Assembly: GCA_002406055.1 (NCBI GenBank)
Contig: DHMZ01000026.1
Span: forward strand, 1 to 19,130
Length of the DNA stretch: 19,130 nucleotides
Reading direction: 5' to 3'
Origin: Spirochaetales bacterium UBA4629
Lineage (GTDB): Bacteria > Spirochaetota > Spirochaetia > Sphaerochaetales > Sphaerochaetaceae
Below, piece after piece: positions 15,333-19,130 of this stretch; the first letter of the stretch is position 1; every line of letters begins with the position of its first letter. The notes under the pieces are model-generated. The model saw nothing but the letters and a program-made list of their open reading frames with translations, searched no databases and was not told the DNA's origin. The position numbers were made by a program, and so were the translations under genes.

Positions 15333-16397
15333 ATGAGTGAAAAGGTATTAATGAAGGGCAATGAGGCCATTGCTGAGGCAGCTTTAAGAGCTGGATGCAG
15401 ACATTACTTTGGTTATCCAATTACCCCACAGACGGAAATTGCAGCATATATGGCAAAGAGAATGCCTAAAATAGGCGGAGTTTTCCTTCAAGCAGAAAGT
15501 GAAATTAGTGCAATAAATATGGTCTATGGAGTCTCATCTACTGGTAAGAGAGTTATGACAAGTTCCTCAAGCCCAGGAGTCTCTCTTAAAATGGAGGGAA
15601 TTTCATATCTTGCTGGTTCAGATTTACCTGCTGTAATTGTAAATGTACAACGAGGAGGTCCGGGTCTTGGAGGTATTCAGCCTAGCCAATCTGATTATTT
15701 TCAAGCAACAAAAGGTGGTGGACACGGTGACTATCACATGATTGTACTTACGCCTGCGTCTGTTCAAGAAATGGCCTCTCTTACAATGTTAGCTTTTGAT
15801 TTAGCAGATAAATATCGTACTCCGGTTATGATTTTAGCTGACGGCACTATTGGACAAATGATGGAAAGTGTTGTTCTTCCTGATGAGGTCAAAGAGAAAA
15901 AATATGAAAAACCTTGGGCTTTAACAGGAACAAAAATGATGAGGGAGCACAATATTGTCAACTCTCTCTATCTCTCTCCTGAAAAGTTGGAAGAGACGAA
16001 TATAGAGCGTTTTGAACGTTACAGGAAAATTGAGGAAAACGAAGTTAGAGTTGAGAGTTATATGATGGATGATGCATCTTATGCTCTTGTTGCTTTTGGT
16101 ATTGCTTCTCGTGTTGCCAAGGCGTCTGTTAACGAACTGAGAGCTCTTGGTGTTAAATGTGGTCTTATTCGACCTCTTACAGTATGGCCATTTCCTTCAA
16201 AAGTAATAAATGAAGCATCTTATAGAGTTGAAGCATTCATTTCTGTAGAGCTTTCTATGGGACAAATGATTGAGGATATTCGTCTTGCTGAGGAGTGCAG
16301 AAAGCCAGTCTATTTGTGTCAACGAGCTGGTGGAATTATTCCATCCACCTCGCAAATTGTTGAGAAGGTTCTCTCTATACAAAAAGGAGGTAAGTAA
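15333..16397 (+). CDS. 2-oxoacid:ferredoxin oxidoreductase alpha subunit (Kor/Vor-type; substrate not assignable from sequence alone)
   Basis: Typical N-terminus (MKGNEAIAEAALRAGCRHYFGYPITPQTEI) and VNVQRGGPGLG. It sits between the delta and beta subunits and starts 1 nt after the delta stop. Confidence 0.85.
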   Translation: MSEKVLMKGNEAIAEAALRAGCRHYFGYPITPQTEIAAYMAKRMPKIGGVFLQAESEISAINMVYGVSSTGKRVMTSSSSPGVSLKMEGISYLAGSDLPAVIVNVQRGGPGLGGIQPSQSDYFQATKGGGHGDYHMIVLTPASVQEMASLTMLAFDLADKYRTPVMILADGTIGQMMESVVLPDEVKEKKYEKPWALTGTKMMREHNIVNSLYLSPEKLEETNIERFERYRKIEENEVRVESYMMDDASYALVAFGIASRVAKASVNELRALGVKCGLIRPLTVWPFPSKVINEASYRVEAFISVELSMGQMIEDIRLAEECRKPVYLCQRAGGIIPSTSQIVEKVLSIQKGGK

Positions 16398-17149
16398 TGG
16401 CCATGCTATTTCAAAAACCAAAGAGCTTAACAGAGAAAGAGCTTCATTATTGCCCAGGTTGTTCTCATGGTATAATTCATCGCTTAGTTGCAGAAGCTAT
16501 TGATAGCCTTGGTATTGAAGGTAGAACAATAGGTGTTGCGCCTGTTGGCTGTGCTGTTATGGCATATGATTATTTTGCTTGCGATATGATAGAAGCTGCC
16601 CATGGAAGAGCACCTGCTGTTGCTACAGGTATAAAAAGATCTCTTCCTGAGAACATTGTTTTTACCTATCAGGGGGATGGAGATCTTGCTTCTATTGGTA
16701 TGGCTGAGACAGTTCATGCAGCAACAAGGAATGAAAATATTACAATCATATTTGTTAATAATGCTATCTATGGAATGACAGGAGGGCAAATGGCCCCAAC
16801 CTCTCTTCCTGGACAGGTTACACAAACCTCTCCTTATGGTAGGGATGTCTTTCGAGAAGGCTATCCAATAAAGGTATGTGAGCTCTTATCTAGCTTAGAT
16901 GGCCCATACTACATTTCACGTGTTGCTGTTAATAACGTAAAGAATGTTCTTAGTGCAAAGAAACACATAGAGAGAGCATTTCGAAATCAGGTTGAAAATA
17001 AAGGTTTTTCTCTTGTTGAAGTAGTTTCTGCATGTCCAACCAATTGGGGTTTGACTCCACAAAAGGCTTTAGAGTGGGTTGATGAAAAGATGATTCCTTA
17101 TTACCCACTTGGAGTTTTTAGAGATAAAGATGAGAAGGAGAGAGTATGA
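16397..17149 (+). CDS. 2-oxoacid:ferredoxin oxidoreductase beta subunit (thiamine-diphosphate-binding)
   Basis: CPGCSHG Fe-S/TPP-subunit N-terminus. TPP motif GDGDLASIGMAE...NNAIYGMTGGQ. The start overlaps the alpha stop (TAATG). Confidence 0.9.
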   Translation: MAMLFQKPKSLTEKELHYCPGCSHGIIHRLVAEAIDSLGIEGRTIGVAPVGCAVMAYDYFACDMIEAAHGRAPAVATGIKRSLPENIVFTYQGDGDLASIGMAETVHAATRNENITIIFVNNAIYGMTGGQMAPTSLPGQVTQTSPYGRDVFREGYPIKVCELLSSLDGPYYISRVAVNNVKNVLSAKKHIERAFRNQVENKGFSLVEVVSACPTNWGLTPQKALEWVDEKMIPYYPLGVFRDKDEKERV

Positions 17150-17676
17150 CTACTAAATTGATTATTGCTGGTTTTGGTGGCCAAGGAATCCTTTTCTTTG
17201 GTAAGTTACTTTCATATAAAGCATTGTTTGAAAATAAAGAGGTTAGTTGGCTTCCGTCCTATGGCCCAGAAATGAGGGGAGGAACAGCAACATGTTCTGT
17301 GACAATAAGTTCTTCCTTAATTGGTTCTCCAATTATTGATGAACCAGACATTCTAGTTGCAATGAATCTACCTTCTCTTGATAAGTTTGAGAGCAAAGTA
17401 AAGAGTGGAGGTAAGATTTTTGTCGACTCTACTATGGTAGAACGTAAAATAAAACGAAGTGATGTTGAGGCCTTTTATATTCCTTCTTCAGCGCTTTCTC
17501 AAGAGATGGGGAATGTGGCACTTAGCAATATTGTGCTACTTGGAAAGGTCTTAAAAGAATGCCCTGAACTTGGCAGAAACAAAATTGAGGAAGCTATTAA
17601 AAAAGTTGTCAGTGCCAGGCATCAGGATATGTATGAAATAAATTTGGAAGCTATAAATAGAGGCTTCAATTATTAA
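17146..17676 (+). CDS. 2-oxoacid:ferredoxin oxidoreductase gamma subunit
   Basis: IIAGFGGQGILFFGKLL followed by SYGPEMRGG, typical of OFOR gamma domains. The ATG overlaps the beta stop (ATGA). Confidence 0.85.
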   Translation: MTTKLIIAGFGGQGILFFGKLLSYKALFENKEVSWLPSYGPEMRGGTATCSVTISSSLIGSPIIDEPDILVAMNLPSLDKFESKVKSGGKIFVDSTMVERKIKRSDVEAFYIPSSALSQEMGNVALSNIVLLGKVLKECPELGRNKIEEAIKKVVSARHQDMYEINLEAINRGFNY

Positions 17677-19130
17677 AGGGAATCGTATAGATTTTCGTAT
17701 CTACGAGAGGAATTGGACCAAGACCAATCTTCTTCCATTCCTCTCTTCATAATCTTTCTCCATTCGTCTTTTTTCTCGTAATAGAGCCAAAGTGCATGGT
17801 TTATTCTATCCATTAAAACTTGAGGATTAAAATCGAAGAAAGAAAAACCAGTTCCTGTTGAAGTGTATTGGTTATAAGGCTTTACTGTATCTTTTAAGCC
17901 TCCTGTTTCGTGAACAATTGGAATGGCGCCATACTTTAATCCTATTAGTTGTGTCAGGCCACAAGGTTCGAAAGCAGATGGAATAAGAAGGCTATCTACA
18001 GCACCATATATTTTGTGAGATAAACCTTCTGAGAATTCTATTTTTGCTCTGACTTTATCTCTATATTTGGATTCATAGTACCTGAACATATTCTCATAGC
18101 AACTATCCCCAGTTCCTAGAACAATTAAGTTTATTTTATTAGCACAAAGCCTATCCATAATAGGATCGAGCAAATCTATACCTTTTTGGTTTGTTAGGCG
18201 AGATACAATGGCAATTGTAAAAACATCTTTATCTTCTTTTAATCCCAATTCCTTTTGAAGTTCTACTTTGTTTTTTTCTCTCTCTTTGACAAAGGACGAA
18301 GAAGAATAATTATGAGGAAGAAGCATATCTTTTTCGGGGTTCCACACTCCATAGTCTAGACCATTGACAATTCCAAGTAGACGGTCTCTTCTCCATGAGA
18401 GAATATCTTCTAGTCCCTCTCCATAGCTATGTGTTTGTATTTCATTAGCATATGAAGAAGAGACGGTAGTTATCCAATCAGAAAAGACAAGGCCTCCACG
18501 TAGCATCGTCGCATTCCATTCGTCTTGTGGATAAGAGGTATCTTGAAATGGTGATACAAGAAGGCCTGGCACAAATAGCTCATTTGGTAATCCTGTTACC
18601 CACCTCAGGTGTCCAACATTCCAACAGCCTTGGAACCTGAGATTATGGATTGTCATTATTGTTTTAATTCCATGAAAAAAACTATCACCTTGGAAAATTG
18701 TATTTAGATATACTGGAACAAGTGAAGTCTGCCAATCATGAGCGTGGATAATATCTGGCTTGAAGCCAAGAAGAGGAAGGGCGGAGAGTATTGCTTTTGA
18801 AAAGTACGCAAAGCGCTCTAAGTCAGAAAAAAGATCAAAGTAAGGTTTGGCCCCAGAGAAGTATTTCTTATTATCGACAAAATAATATGTTATACCATCA
18901 AACTTTAGAGTGTTAATGCCAACATAGATTCTGTTGTCCATTTGGAAGTAAACAAGGTTTTTTAAATCCTTTTTATACTTTTCATCCATGCATTCATATT
19001 GTGGCAAGATTACTCTTACATCATACTTTTTCTTGTCTAAAGCTTTAGGTAGACTACCAACTACGTCTGCGAGTCCTCCTGTTTTTACAAAAGGTACACA
19101 CTCTGAAGAAGCAAATAATATTTTTTTCAT
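17673..19130 (-). CDS. glgA: Glycogen synthase (ADP-glucose-type, GT5)
   Basis: N-terminal MKKILFASSECVPFVKTGGLADVVGSLPKAL (KTGGL motif). HDWQT, IHNLRFQG, VSRLTNQKG and PSAFEPCGLTQL are also present. The ATG occupies the last three bases of the window, so upstream signals are not visible. Confidence 0.95.
   Translation of the reverse strand: MKKILFASSECVPFVKTGGLADVVGSLPKALDKKKYDVRVILPQYECMDEKYKKDLKNLVYFQMDNRIYVGINTLKFDGITYYFVDNKKYFSGAKPYFDLFSDLERFAYFSKAILSALPLLGFKPDIIHAHDWQTSLVPVYLNTIFQGDSFFHGIKTIMTIHNLRFQGCWNVGHLRWVTGLPNELFVPGLLVSPFQDTSYPQDEWNATMLRGGLVFSDWITTVSSSYANEIQTHSYGEGLEDILSWRRDRLLGIVNGLDYGVWNPEKDMLLPHNYSSSSFVKEREKNKVELQKELGLKEDKDVFTIAIVSRLTNQKGIDLLDPIMDRLCANKINLIVLGTGDSCYENMFRYYESKYRDKVRAKIEFSEGLSHKIYGAVDSLLIPSAFEPCGLTQLIGLKYGAIPIVHETGGLKDTVKPYNQYTSTGTGFSFFDFNPQVLMDRINHALWLYYEKKDEWRKIMKRGMEEDWSWSNSSRRYENLYDSL

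Noticed and set aside
16270-16825. ORFs 16270-16503 (+) and 16484-16825 (-) in the OFOR alpha/beta region
   Set aside because: They are out of frame with or antisense to the TPP-binding beta subunit and the alpha C-terminus, and have no motifs.
10303-17676. Catabolic interpretation: branched-chain amino acid fermentation via BCAT -> OFOR -> acyl-CoA -> acid
   Set aside because: A T-box induces under starvation for its cognate amino acid, which would be counter-productive for degradation. Energy-conserving fermentation uses phosphotransacylase/kinase or ADP-forming synthetases, not an AMP-forming ligase. I kept this as the explicit alternative that experiments should exclude.
15125-17676. 2-oxoglutarate synthase / glutamate-supply interpretation of the OFOR
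   Set aside because: It is possible from subunit architecture alone. It does not explain the T-box (glutamate T-boxes are not a known class), the BCAT partner or the monocarboxylate-type ligase. I left it as a refutation criterion rather than my call.
1-19130. Scan for CRISPR repeats, IS inverted repeats or transposases, integrases, tRNA/rRNA genes and long direct repeats
   Set aside because: I could recognise none by eye. All long ORFs are accounted for by metabolic or transport genes, and intergenic space is minimal. A computational repeat and tRNA scan would be needed to be certain.

Overview
AT-rich, gene-dense chromosomal window from what looks like an anaerobe. I found no rRNA, tRNA, CRISPR array, IS or phage element.

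Layout:
- (1) A minus-strand lipoprotein gene.
- (2) A tightly packed plus-strand string at 733-6123: metallophosphoesterase, ParB/Srx-like protein, thyA, folA, a MATE exporter and a divergent MtnA/eIF-2B-like isomerase.
- (3) A convergent second MATE exporter.
- (4) A minus-strand polar-amino-acid (TcyA-like) ABC importer operon with a clean intrinsic terminator.
- (5) The most interesting part: a canonical T-box leader (10011-10284) with competing antiterminator and terminator helices. It gates a translationally coupled eight-gene plus-strand operon (10303-17676).
- (6) A convergent glgA that runs to the window edge.

The eight-gene operon encodes, in order: an XRE-HTH + cupin + AMP-forming acyl-CoA synthetase fusion; a Nit/omega-amidase-type C-N hydrolase; a branched-chain aminotransferase; an orphan SIMIBI-type P-loop NTPase; and a four-subunit (delta-alpha-beta-gamma) 2-oxoacid:ferredoxin oxidoreductase.

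My main hypothesis is that this operon is a tRNA-charging-controlled salvage and biosynthesis module. It would run organic acid -> acyl-CoA -> reductive carboxylation to a 2-oxoacid -> transamination to an amino acid. The best reading of the specifier codon is AUC (Ile), so the route would be 2-methylbutyrate -> isoleucine. That physiology is known from rumen anaerobes. As far as I know, this riboswitch-gated gene organisation with a regulator-ligase fusion has not been described for it.

All functional calls come from motif recognition by eye. No database search was run.
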